In this document: positions 25,991 through 33,954 of the stretch, in pieces | Layout: each line of letters starts with the position of its first letter | Position numbering within the stretch: position 1 is the stretch's first letter | NCBI GenBank assembly: GCA_038063895.1 | Contig: JBBTUG010000004.1 | Coordinates: 1 to 58,058, forward strand | From: Patescibacteria group bacterium | Lineage (GTDB): Bacteria > Patescibacteriota > WWE3 > JAMCXX01 > JBBTUG01 | Reading direction: 5' to 3' | DNA: 58,058 bases | The notes under the pieces: generated by a model | Told to the model about the DNA's origin: nothing | The model's input: only the letters and a program-made list of their open reading frames with translations | Database searches by the model: none | Translations under genes and position numbers: made by a program

Positions 25991-27631
25991 ATGAACAACT
26001 TTGCCGCGCATTTTTTTCGTGGTGACCGCTACCATTATGTGATGGCGGATTGGGCCTTGTGGCTCTGGGAAGTTCTTGGTTTGCAGAGAAATAATCGAGA
26101 TACTTGGGTACGTTTCTATGCCACGGAGCGCAAAGTTCCTTACGCCGTCGCGCTCGGACACGAGCAACTCTTTCAATCCCTAATAGGGCATCCGCTTGAC
26201 TACCCGCGTCAAAGGTTTCTTGCTGATGACAAAGCAGCTTTAACGCGAGTGGCGAGTTTGCTTCGTCAGCCCTACGCAGGTGAAGTTCGGATGCTGCCGC
26301 CCGCGACACTTTATTTCGCCAAACAGCCCATTCTGGATGTGCATGGTGACTTCGCACAAGTGCAAATGGGCGAGGTTCCGATTGAGCACGTTCTTGATCT
26401 TTTCGGAACTTTCGCTTTCTACGCTTTGGACATCAAGCTGGCCAGCGCCGCCGCCGATCAACTGTGTGGGTTCGACCTAGCGGATGCGGTTGACCTGGAT
26501 CAGAAACGGGCATTAACCGGTCGTCCTTCTCTGTCGAACTTTGCTTTGCGGCGACTCGGAGACCCTTTCCGTTCCCTCGTCGCGTCGGAAGTGTCCCAAG
26601 TTTGTGGCTGGGACGATACCAGTGACGTCGAAGCCGGTTTTGAGACGGATACCCCGACTATGGGTACACACGCCCATTACGGCGTCCAACTCGCTAAAGG
26701 GTTGATGCAATATCTACTGAGGGCTGGAAAGGTGGATGGCCTTTTTGACGAAAAGGAAAGGCCGAAGCATTTCCAGCGCTGGATGTTTGAAACTTGGCTG
26801 GACAAGCACCCTAACGGTACAACTCTTTTGGTTGATACCCTTGATCTGAAGTTAGGGTTACGGCATGCCGTTGAAGCGGCGAACAGTTCGCCAGCTCGCA
26901 GAAAGGCGTTGAAGTTTGTTCGTGTGGACTCTCGTTATCCGCCGGCAGCCGCTCTTTACGCCCGCCGGTTCTTGGACGCGAACGGTTTCAGTGACGTGGG
27001 CGTAATTGTCACCGGTGACCTGGACGCGGCGATGCTACGAGTGATGACCCGATTGGGTTTGGTTTTCGGTGGCCGAATTACCTATCTGATGAACGGGGTG
27101 GGGATCGGCACGAAGTACGGTGTTGAATTCAACCACGTGGCCGGAGCCATCTTCAAGATGACGGAATGTTTTGGTATCCCAACCGGAAAACTTTCCGACA
27201 GCAAATCAACCTTTCCCGGTTGGTTGCAAGTCCGTCGTTTCTCTAACGCGATGGGGATAATCACGCGTCAGGATACTGTTTTGCAAGATGAGCCAGTTCG
27301 CTTACTCCCCGGCGAATACTACGCGGTTGATCTTCTAGAGCCGTTCTACGGTGGAAGCGGAGTGGGGGTGGAAATGAAGAACCCGCTAACCATCAATGAG
27401 AAGCGTACCTTCCTGTGGGAACAGATTTTCCGGCTCCAATTGCCCATTGCGGAGTTTGCCAGAGAGCGAGTTGGCATCAGCCCGGCATTGAAGGATTTGA
27501 TGGCTACCCTTGCCAATGACGCGATTGATCTAAATGAGACCGGCGTCGTTTTCCCGGTGGAAGAATACGATGAGTGTTGGCTCGAAATTCGTGCGGCTGA
27601 AGAAAGGCTGGGAATTTCGACCAAGTCTTGA
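25991..27631 (+). CDS. pncB: Nicotinate phosphoribosyltransferase (PncB/NAPRT family)
   Basis: N-terminal GDRYHYVMA (D.Y..tM), MGTHAHYGVQ (phospho-His motif GThAH), LVDTLD, VRVDS, VTGDLD, GVGIGT, and KLSDSKSTFPGWLQVRR. These motifs are colinear with NAPRTases. Confidence 0.8.
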   Translation: MNNFAAHFFRGDRYHYVMADWALWLWEVLGLQRNNRDTWVRFYATERKVPYAVALGHEQLFQSLIGHPLDYPRQRFLADDKAALTRVASLLRQPYAGEVRMLPPATLYFAKQPILDVHGDFAQVQMGEVPIEHVLDLFGTFAFYALDIKLASAAADQLCGFDLADAVDLDQKRALTGRPSLSNFALRRLGDPFRSLVASEVSQVCGWDDTSDVEAGFETDTPTMGTHAHYGVQLAKGLMQYLLRAGKVDGLFDEKERPKHFQRWMFETWLDKHPNGTTLLVDTLDLKLGLRHAVEAANSSPARRKALKFVRVDSRYPPAAALYARRFLDANGFSDVGVIVTGDLDAAMLRVMTRLGLVFGGRITYLMNGVGIGTKYGVEFNHVAGAIFKMTECFGIPTGKLSDSKSTFPGWLQVRRFSNAMGIITRQDTVLQDEPVRLLPGEYYAVDLLEPFYGGSGVGVEMKNPLTINEKRTFLWEQIFRLQLPIAEFARERVGISPALKDLMATLANDAIDLNETGVVFPVEEYDECWLEIRAAEERLGISTKS

Positions 27632-27645
27632 TTACGCAACCTGCT

Positions 27646-27679
27646 CATACACTTGCATTCAGGTGTATGGGCAGTTTTT
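27646..27679 (+). terminator. Possible terminator after pncB
   Basis: CATACAC / GTGTATG 7-bp stem with a 10-nt loop, followed by ggcagttttt. Confidence 0.45.
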
Positions 27680-27737
27680 AAGAGCGGTTCACTTTCAGGG
27701 AAGGTGGAAAGTTCTTAGAAACCGGTTAAAAAAACTC

Positions 27738-27761
27738 TTGACAAGAGGATTAGTTAGTGTA
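27738..27761 (+). promoter_or_regulatory. Candidate operator box pair upstream of nrtR
   Basis: TTGACAAGAG and TTAGTTAGTGTA are identical to the boxes at 25155-25188. Here they are spaced 2 nt apart instead of 12 nt, a difference of one helical turn. Confidence 0.45.
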
Positions 27762-27777
27762 AATATTAAACAGTAAG

Positions 27778-27786
27778 TGTTATAGT
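27778..27786 (+). promoter_or_regulatory. Extended -10 (TGTTATAGT) placed 7 nt before the nrtR ATG (leaderless-type promoter)
   Basis: A TGn-TATAGT hexamer ends 7 nt upstream of the ATG at 27794. No Shine-Dalgarno sequence lies in between. Confidence 0.45.
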
Positions 27787-27793
27787 TACACGT

Positions 27794-28480
27794 ATGAAAA
27801 AAACGGGTGCCAAACAATTTACGGAGATTCGTGGTCCGGCTCTAGCCGTGGACGTTGTCGCTTTTACCGTCAAGGACGGTGTTTTCCAGGTACTTCTGCT
27901 GAAAGCGAAGACTGCGCCGGCCACCAATAAATGGGTTTTGCCTGGTGTGTTCGTGGGCCTTACGGAAACGCTAGATACAGCGGCTAAGCGGGCACTCCAA
28001 ACTAAAGCCAATATTGATATTAATTACCTAGAACAGCTTTATACCTTCGGTGAGGTTGGTCGCGATGATCGCGGGCGGGTGGTGACCTCCGGCCACTATG
28101 CCCTGGTCGATTATAAAAAATTCGACTTAAGGACTCCCGCGTCCTACGCCGAGATCGGGTGGTTTCCGGTCGATAAACTCCCGGTTACCGGCTATGACCA
28201 TAAGGAGATTATTAAGGCCGCCGTCACGCGGATCCGCAACAAACTGCAGTATTCCAACGTTGCGGTCCACCTTCTGCCGCCGGTCTTTACTTTGACGCAA
28301 CTTCAAAGGGTTTATGAGGCGGTTTTGGCCAGACCTTTGGATAAGCGTAATTTTCGTCGGAAGGTTCTAAGTTTAGGAGTGATAAGGGTCGCCAACGGAA
28401 TCGAGGAAGCAGCGGCGCACCGACCAGCCAGATTATTTAGATTTGTCACGAAGAAATACCAGGAAATCGAGCTGGTTTAG
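27794..28480 (+). CDS. nrtR: NrtR-family Nudix-related transcriptional regulator
   Basis: The N-terminal Nudix fold has a degenerate box (LPGVFVGLTETLDTAAKRALQTKANI). The C-terminal winged-helix domain carries the NrtR-typical LDKRNFRRKVLSLGVI. Confidence 0.75.
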   Translation: MKKTGAKQFTEIRGPALAVDVVAFTVKDGVFQVLLLKAKTAPATNKWVLPGVFVGLTETLDTAAKRALQTKANIDINYLEQLYTFGEVGRDDRGRVVTSGHYALVDYKKFDLRTPASYAEIGWFPVDKLPVTGYDHKEIIKAAVTRIRNKLQYSNVAVHLLPPVFTLTQLQRVYEAVLARPLDKRNFRRKVLSLGVIRVANGIEEAAAHRPARLFRFVTKKYQEIELV

Positions 28481-28547
28481 GGTTTGCATTATCCTATATT
28501 AGTTGTACACTGGCAAAGCTCTAATAAAGTTAAAATAAAGAAGGAGT

Positions 28548-28595
28548 CAAGACCTCTGCCGCAATTATTTGCCGTAGAGGTCTTGGTTTCTTTTT
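28548..28595 (+). terminator. Rho-independent terminator after nrtR
   Basis: caagacctct / agaggtcttg 10-bp stem followed by gtttcttttt. Confidence 0.7.
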
Positions 28596-28713
28596 ATGGA
28601 AACCGGGAAGTCCTTTGACAACTGAAGTTACGGTTATTTAGCGTTTTTCGTTTGCCCTTATTGCCCCGTCTTGGGGCATTAAGCTTGTAGTTATCTTATC
28701 AGGAAGGAGGGTT

Positions 28714-29526
28714 ATGGTTAAAAAGCTTCCCTTTGTGGTTAGGGATGGCAGCGTCCCGGGAGCGGATCACGTGGCGAAAGCACGTAATTGCCAAGACGGC
28801 AAAGGCTGGCGGCGGATCATAGTCAACGACAAAGAGTACCTTGTTGCTGCTTGTTCGGACGGCTGTGGATCTGGTCTCCACACGGAGGTCATCGCCAGTT
28901 TACTCCCGTTGTATGTGATCGGTCAGATCGGTCACCTCCTAACCTTTGAGACACCGGTCCTTAGTGTCCCGGCGGCTCTCTACGCCCACGTTTTGGCGTA
29001 TCTCGAGTTTCAGTGGAAGAACATTCCCTTTAGTTCGAGAAAGGAGCTCGTTGATTTCATTAAGAACTACCTCCTCGCCACCCTCTACGGTTTCATAATT
29101 GGCGATGAGGACTCGGTGCTTTTTCACGCGGGACGAGGATACACCGTGGTTAACGGTGTTGTGGACGCAATAGAGCACCTGCAAGGTGATCCTTACCCCG
29201 CTTACCATTTGGTTCCGCGCTCTGACTGGCAGGAGCCAAGTATGGTGTTGCCCCGGAGTTTTACGGTGGTTTCGCTGAAAACAGCGAACATCTTTAACTT
29301 AGGGGTAGCCACTGATGGGGCGATGGGAACTTTGCCCGGTGGAAAGACTGGGTTATTGCTTCCCCGCCTTTTGGTCGATGCATTTACTGGTGAGTCAGGA
29401 GTTCAGCGCTGGCTGAATCTCATCAATGGGCCGCGCAATCCTCATCCCGAGGACGGCACCTTTGCCGATGACACGACGGTGATCCTAGCCGAGCGGATCG
29501 AGGAGGCGGTTGATGACAACAGCTAA
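28714..29526 (+). CDS. PP2C-like Ser/Thr protein phosphatase (PP2C_2 type, PphC/YegK-like)
   Basis: Strong SD (ggaaggaggg). The motifs GADHVAKARNCQDGKGW and VAACSDGCGSGLHTEV, plus a later GVATDGA, match the G.sH...pcQD / aDGaGS / DG signature of bacterial PP2C_2 phosphatases. Confidence 0.6.
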   Translation: MVKKLPFVVRDGSVPGADHVAKARNCQDGKGWRRIIVNDKEYLVAACSDGCGSGLHTEVIASLLPLYVIGQIGHLLTFETPVLSVPAALYAHVLAYLEFQWKNIPFSSRKELVDFIKNYLLATLYGFIIGDEDSVLFHAGRGYTVVNGVVDAIEHLQGDPYPAYHLVPRSDWQEPSMVLPRSFTVVSLKTANIFNLGVATDGAMGTLPGGKTGLLLPRLLVDAFTGESGVQRWLNLINGPRNPHPEDGTFADDTTVILAERIEEAVDDNS

Positions 29527-31540
29527 TCCTGCGCCACTTACCAGAGTTGTCGTTAACAATCATCTGGTGACTGTAACTGCTAAGGATGTCCTCGGTAACC
29601 CCGGAGGACAAGGAACGGTCTATAAGGCGATGGTAATGCCCCCGGATCACGTCGGCACCTCGGCAACAACCTACAGGGTCCGCGTTCCACAAGGACGTAC
29701 TGCCGGTAAATTTAAGGCCCTGAAGATTTATCATGTCCCGCCGGGGAACCGAATGCAAAAGAAGTTACCCGAGTTGGTTCGGGTGCTTACCGGCTTACCA
29801 GGGGAATACGCAGACGAATGTGTGTCGCCGGAAGATTTGGCTTACGATCCCGCGGACGAAACCGTGGTCGTGGGTTTTGCTATGCGTCTGCTCGAATCCG
29901 GTTTCAATGTTTGGGAAGCTTTGTTCAATCGCAAGTTCCGCGAAGCGAGCGACGTGACAACGCGGGACGTGCTTGACCTGTCGATTCGACTGGCCAAGTT
30001 GCTCGATGTCTTACACCAAGCGCCAACGCCGGTTCGGATCGGTGACCTTAATCCCCGGAATGAGCTCTATAAAACACTGCGGGGGTTAATGCTGGCGTTG
30101 ATCGATATGGATTCCGTCCAGATTGGTAACTTCCCCTGCGAAGTGGCGACGGAACGTTTCCTGAATCCCAGGCTTTTTGGTCAAGATCTCAGCAGTCGCC
30201 CCCTCTTCACCGACGAGGACGACTTCTACTCTTTCTGGGCGCTGCTGGTAAACGCGGTGCTCCTAGCCCACCCGTACGGTGGCTCCTACCGAGCTATCCC
30301 AAAGATACCGGGGCGGGCAACCGCACGGGTATGGTTACTCGACAAACGGGTGGTCTTTCCGGTAAATGCGTACCCGCCGACTCTTCTGACAGACGAACTT
30401 TTGCATGTTCTGGAGGAAGTGTTTGCGAAGGGGCATGTCGTCAGGCCGGAGGTCGGAATGCTCGAAGCCTATCGCGACTCTCTTCTTGGCTGTCCGACTT
30501 GCGGGCTTTGGTATCCGGCTCATTTAAAAGAGTGCCCGGGTTGTCAGGCCATCAATCAGGCCGTTCGGCGCCTCGGCGCGGCTCTGAAGGAGATTATGGC
30601 GACAGAATTGTTGACAGTGGGAGGTCCCATTCTTTTCTACCGGGTGATTGGGACGACCATCTATGCTATTTCGCGCGAGAGGGGCCAGGCAGTGCTCTAC
30701 ATCAAAGAATCACTGGCAACTGCGCGACGAATAACTCTCTTTCAAGCGGAAAAAGAAACCCGCTACGAAGTTTTTGATCACTACCTAGCTGTCTGCAAGG
30801 ATAGCTACGCGGAGCTGGCGGAGATAGCAATTTACGATATCTCCGGCAGCAGTCCGGTATTCGTGACGAAGACGGCTACCGAGAACTTTGCCGGCCATCG
30901 GGCTCTGTTCCGTGGTTCGAGAGACTACCTTTATCGAGCCTACGGGGGGGTTATTTACCGGGGCAGCATCCAGTTCGGGAATGTTTTAGTTGAGTCGGCA
31001 GTCGGGCAAGCGACGCCGCACCAAACCTGGTTTGATGCGGATGCGACTTCGGCCACCGCCTGCGGCTTCTCCCGCATCTTCCGTCAGTATTTCTGGTTTC
31101 TGATTCGCGATCGGGGTCAAGACACTCTTAACCTCACGGAATTGGATGACGGGGAATCACTGCTTGATCAGTGCGTGCGGTTTTCACAATCCTCTCTGCT
31201 GATTATGCGGCGGACGGAGATTCGCGGAGTTGAGAATATGCGGTTGGATGTTGTCGCCAGGGCGACAGCTAAGGTGACGAGTTCCCGCCGAGTGAAATTA
31301 TCTGACTCGCCACACCTCGAAAACCTCCATGCCGCTTCCTACGGTCGGGGGATAGTATTGGTTCCGACCGACGACGATGGGATAGTAGCTGAGGACGTTG
31401 CCACCGGAAGCCAGCGGATATTTGCGGAAGCAAAACCGTTTGTGGATGCTGGCAGTGTAATCAACTTGTTCGAAGATGGTATCTTGGTCCGTTTTGGCCC
31501 CAAGGCCATCAAACTTGTTTTAGGGCAAAAGAATCCCTAA
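29510..31540 (+). CDS. Ser/Thr protein kinase-like protein (YegI / TerY-P type) with Zn-ribbon and beta-rich C-terminal domain
   Basis: Gly-rich loop (GNPGGQGTVYKA), Lys (FKALKIYH), catalytic loop (IGDLNPRNELY), a DFG-equivalent (LIDMDSVQ), and CPTCGLWYPAHLKECPGCQ. About 330 C-terminal residues have a repetitive beta-strand character. It overlaps the phosphatase gene by 17 nt. Confidence 0.6.
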   Translation: MMTTANPAPLTRVVVNNHLVTVTAKDVLGNPGGQGTVYKAMVMPPDHVGTSATTYRVRVPQGRTAGKFKALKIYHVPPGNRMQKKLPELVRVLTGLPGEYADECVSPEDLAYDPADETVVVGFAMRLLESGFNVWEALFNRKFREASDVTTRDVLDLSIRLAKLLDVLHQAPTPVRIGDLNPRNELYKTLRGLMLALIDMDSVQIGNFPCEVATERFLNPRLFGQDLSSRPLFTDEDDFYSFWALLVNAVLLAHPYGGSYRAIPKIPGRATARVWLLDKRVVFPVNAYPPTLLTDELLHVLEEVFAKGHVVRPEVGMLEAYRDSLLGCPTCGLWYPAHLKECPGCQAINQAVRRLGAALKEIMATELLTVGGPILFYRVIGTTIYAISRERGQAVLYIKESLATARRITLFQAEKETRYEVFDHYLAVCKDSYAELAEIAIYDISGSSPVFVTKTATENFAGHRALFRGSRDYLYRAYGGVIYRGSIQFGNVLVESAVGQATPHQTWFDADATSATACGFSRIFRQYFWFLIRDRGQDTLNLTELDDGESLLDQCVRFSQSSLLIMRRTEIRGVENMRLDVVARATAKVTSSRRVKLSDSPHLENLHAASYGRGIVLVPTDDDGIVAEDVATGSQRIFAEAKPFVDAGSVINLFEDGILVRFGPKAIKLVLGQKNP

Positions 31541-31561
31541 GAAAGCAAAGGAGGAAAGGTT

Positions 31562-32563
31562 ATGCGTGCAACAACTGCAGCAACGACGCGGCCGGATTAT
31601 TTACCGCCCGCGAGCTTTTATGATGATTCGATGGTCCAGACGAAAACCAAGGTCGACGCCACGATGGCGTTGGACACTGCCTGGCAATGTTATCGTGGTA
31701 TCTGGCAGCCGGCGGCTGTGGACACTCACAAGATTGCCTATGTCCACATCGATGATCAGTACTGCTTTATGGATGATGGCGAGCTCCCTGTCCCGGGGTC
31801 CTACGGTGACATCATGGCCGAGACCCATCTCACCTATCGTTTAGGTGGAAAAGTCAAGACACATGTCTTGACCGGGGACCAACATCCTCCACTCGCAATC
31901 TACTTTCCCGAGTGGTGGTTTGCTGGAAAGGACTGGACTGACGATTACGGTCACAAATATCGTCGAGGGGAGCGCCCCTTGGACAACACCTTGATTCCTC
32001 TCGAAGCGATCGATGACGGGCGTTGGGTAGCGAGATTTGAGACAGCCTGGTCTCACAGCTACCCCGCGAGGTTAAAAGCGGACGGGCGCCAACCACTCAT
32101 GGTTTGGGCGCATCACGGGCACGAGGGTACCCACAGTGCCAATATCGTCGCGGTGTTGATGGAGGCGATCTTGGTTTGCAGTTACGGGCGGATGACCAAG
32201 CCGATCTTTATCGGGAAAGGACGGTCTTCAGTCTCGGAACATTTTAGTCCCCTGGAGTACGAAGTGCCCATTCCCGGCGTTCCACAGCTAAACGAGCGTC
32301 AGTTGCAGGTTCTGGAGGAGCATGATGAGATTTGGATTTCCGGTCGTGCTTTATCTCACTGCGAGATGGCGTATGTGCGGACGCTCGTCAAATATTTCGG
32401 CGTCAAGGATCCCGGGGTGTTGAAGCGGGTAAAGATCCTGATGGATACCACCCACTCCGTCGTGGTTCCGGGCATTGATTTTCACGGAATAGCGCTACAG
32501 CAGTTCGAGGACTGGCGCAAACAATATGGCATCGAGTTGCTGAACAGTACGGATCTTGATTGA
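31562..32563 (+). CDS. pncA: Nicotinamidase / isochorismatase-family cysteine hydrolase (PncA-like, with insertion)
   Basis: Colinear with PncA: AYVHIDDQYCFMDDGELPVPG (catalytic Asp), LTGDQHPP (D-x-H metal site), VWAHHGHEGTHSANI, IGKGRSSVSEHFSPL (Lys; cf. KG..vDsYSaF), and IWISGRALSHCEMAYV (catalytic Cys). SD is aaaggagg. Confidence 0.65.
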   Translation: MRATTAATTRPDYLPPASFYDDSMVQTKTKVDATMALDTAWQCYRGIWQPAAVDTHKIAYVHIDDQYCFMDDGELPVPGSYGDIMAETHLTYRLGGKVKTHVLTGDQHPPLAIYFPEWWFAGKDWTDDYGHKYRRGERPLDNTLIPLEAIDDGRWVARFETAWSHSYPARLKADGRQPLMVWAHHGHEGTHSANIVAVLMEAILVCSYGRMTKPIFIGKGRSSVSEHFSPLEYEVPIPGVPQLNERQLQVLEEHDEIWISGRALSHCEMAYVRTLVKYFGVKDPGVLKRVKILMDTTHSVVVPGIDFHGIALQQFEDWRKQYGIELLNSTDLD

Positions 32564-32648
32564 TGTTTCTCTCGGAGGGTGTGGTTCGACTCTATGCAAT
32601 ACGGATGCGGACCACACCCGCCCAAATACGAAAGGAGGGCTTTTTATT

Positions 32649-33539
32649 ATGGGAGCAAGTAACAAGAGTGTCGCGTCGGGGAAACTTACGATGGCTGATG
32701 CCAAGGTCGCTTTATCCAAAGCCGTGACAGAGCATCATGCCTTAAGCCAGGATATGGCAGATCAGGTTATTGCCAATCTGGACAACTGTGGCATCGACGA
32801 ACTTGGGTTGTCGCCAGCAACGCTTGGTGGCTCCATCGCCACGATCCTGGTCTTTGTGGCCGACGGAAGTGGCTCGGTGGAACAGGTGCAGGACATTATC
32901 CTGGCCCAGTTGAACGAGATGCTGGATGCGTTGAAGGGTGCAAAGGGTTCGGAAGTGGTGACGGTGACGCTGATTCGTTTCAACCATCAGGTCGTCGTGG
33001 TCTTTTCGAACAAACCGCTAGACAGTATTCAGCAACTGACAACGGCGGAATACTTTGCTTCGGGTGGTACGGCGTTTTTTGACGCCTGCGCGATGGGTAT
33101 CTCCAATGCCCTTGCATTCGAGGAGGTCCTGATCCAGAGTGGCTACACCACCGAAGTGCTCTTCCTCGCGGCGACTGATGGGGCTGACCGTGACTCGCGG
33201 ACTGCGACGGCGCAGACTGTCAGCGAGATGTTTGCCGAAATCCGCAAGCGGAAACGGACCTGGTATGCCGTTATGATCGGTCTTCACACCTGGGAGCAGG
33301 TGGATTTCAAACAGGTTGGTCATAACTGCGGTTTTGAACAGGTGGAAGAAGTGACACTGCCGCAAATTCCAGCGGACGCTTCGGCTGCTGACGCGAAACG
33401 TATTCGTTACGAATGTGAACACAAGCTCCGCCAATTGTTCAGCCGCGTGTCAAAGTCAATCATTCGCCAGTCCCAAGCGCACATTTCGGGTGGGAATGTT
33501 GGCAACACTGTCGGTGGGGGCTTCTTGGATGTGACGTAG
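32649..33539 (+). CDS. von Willebrand factor A (vWA) domain protein, TerY/YegL-like
   Basis: I chose the start at the ATG after aaaggaggg. The MIDAS site is complete: VFVADGSGS (DxSxS), GGTAFFDA (Thr), LAATDGADRDS (Asp). Confidence 0.75.
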   Translation: MGASNKSVASGKLTMADAKVALSKAVTEHHALSQDMADQVIANLDNCGIDELGLSPATLGGSIATILVFVADGSGSVEQVQDIILAQLNEMLDALKGAKGSEVVTVTLIRFNHQVVVVFSNKPLDSIQQLTTAEYFASGGTAFFDACAMGISNALAFEEVLIQSGYTTEVLFLAATDGADRDSRTATAQTVSEMFAEIRKRKRTWYAVMIGLHTWEQVDFKQVGHNCGFEQVEEVTLPQIPADASAADAKRIRYECEHKLRQLFSRVSKSIIRQSQAHISGGNVGNTVGGGFLDVT

Positions 33540-33563
33540 GATAGGAGAAAGACAACTTTTCGC

Positions 33564-33606
33564 AAGGTGCATACTGTTTTCGGACAGTGTGCACCTTTTC
33601 TTTTTA
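33564..33606 (+). terminator. Rho-independent terminator closing the island
   Basis: aaggtgcatactgt / acagtgtgcacctt 14-bp stem (one G-U pair) followed by ttctttttat. Confidence 0.8.
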
Positions 33607-33613
33607 TCGCTAT

Positions 33614-33642
33614 TTGTCTTATAGTTGGTAAGTTGCTATAAT
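33614..33642 (+). promoter_or_regulatory. Promoter with extended -10 for the RRM gene (leaderless-type)
   Basis: TTGTCT, 17 nt spacer including TGc, then TATAAT. The hexamer ends 6 nt before the ATG at 33649, and there is no SD. Confidence 0.5.
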
Positions 33643-33648
33643 ATAAAT

Positions 33649-33930
33649 ATGGAAAAGAAACTTTACGTCGGCAACCTGCCGCGGAGTTGCCGGGAAATGG
33701 ATATTGAAATATTTTTTACCCAAGCCGGTAGGGTCGACGCGGTCCAAATCATAAAAGATAAAGAGACCGGTGAGTCACGGGGGTTTTGTTTCGTGGCGAT
33801 GGATACCGAAGACGGGGCCTTAAAAGCGCTCCAGACTCTCCGTGGTGTGCCTTTCAAAGGCGAGCCCCTGATTATTAAAGAGGCTGTTCCCCAGGAACCC
33901 CGTGGCAAGCGCCCTGGGTTTGAAGCCTAA
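33649..33930 (+). CDS. RNA-binding protein with RRM domain
   Basis: RNP-2 (KLYVGNLP) and RNP-1 (RGFCFVAM). About 93 aa. Confidence 0.85.
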   Translation: MEKKLYVGNLPRSCREMDIEIFFTQAGRVDAVQIIKDKETGESRGFCFVAMDTEDGALKALQTLRGVPFKGEPLIIKEAVPQEPRGKRPGFEA

Positions 33931-33954
33931 TCGAAATCTTCTGTTAGAATAGCT

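Noticed and set aside
23500-33640. Possible att-like direct repeats at the island borders (ttgtcttttgttatgg near 23525 versus ttgtcttatagttgg near 33614).
   Set aside because: Only about 7 contiguous matching nt, followed by loose similarity. The right-hand copy is better explained as the -35 and spacer of the RRM gene promoter.
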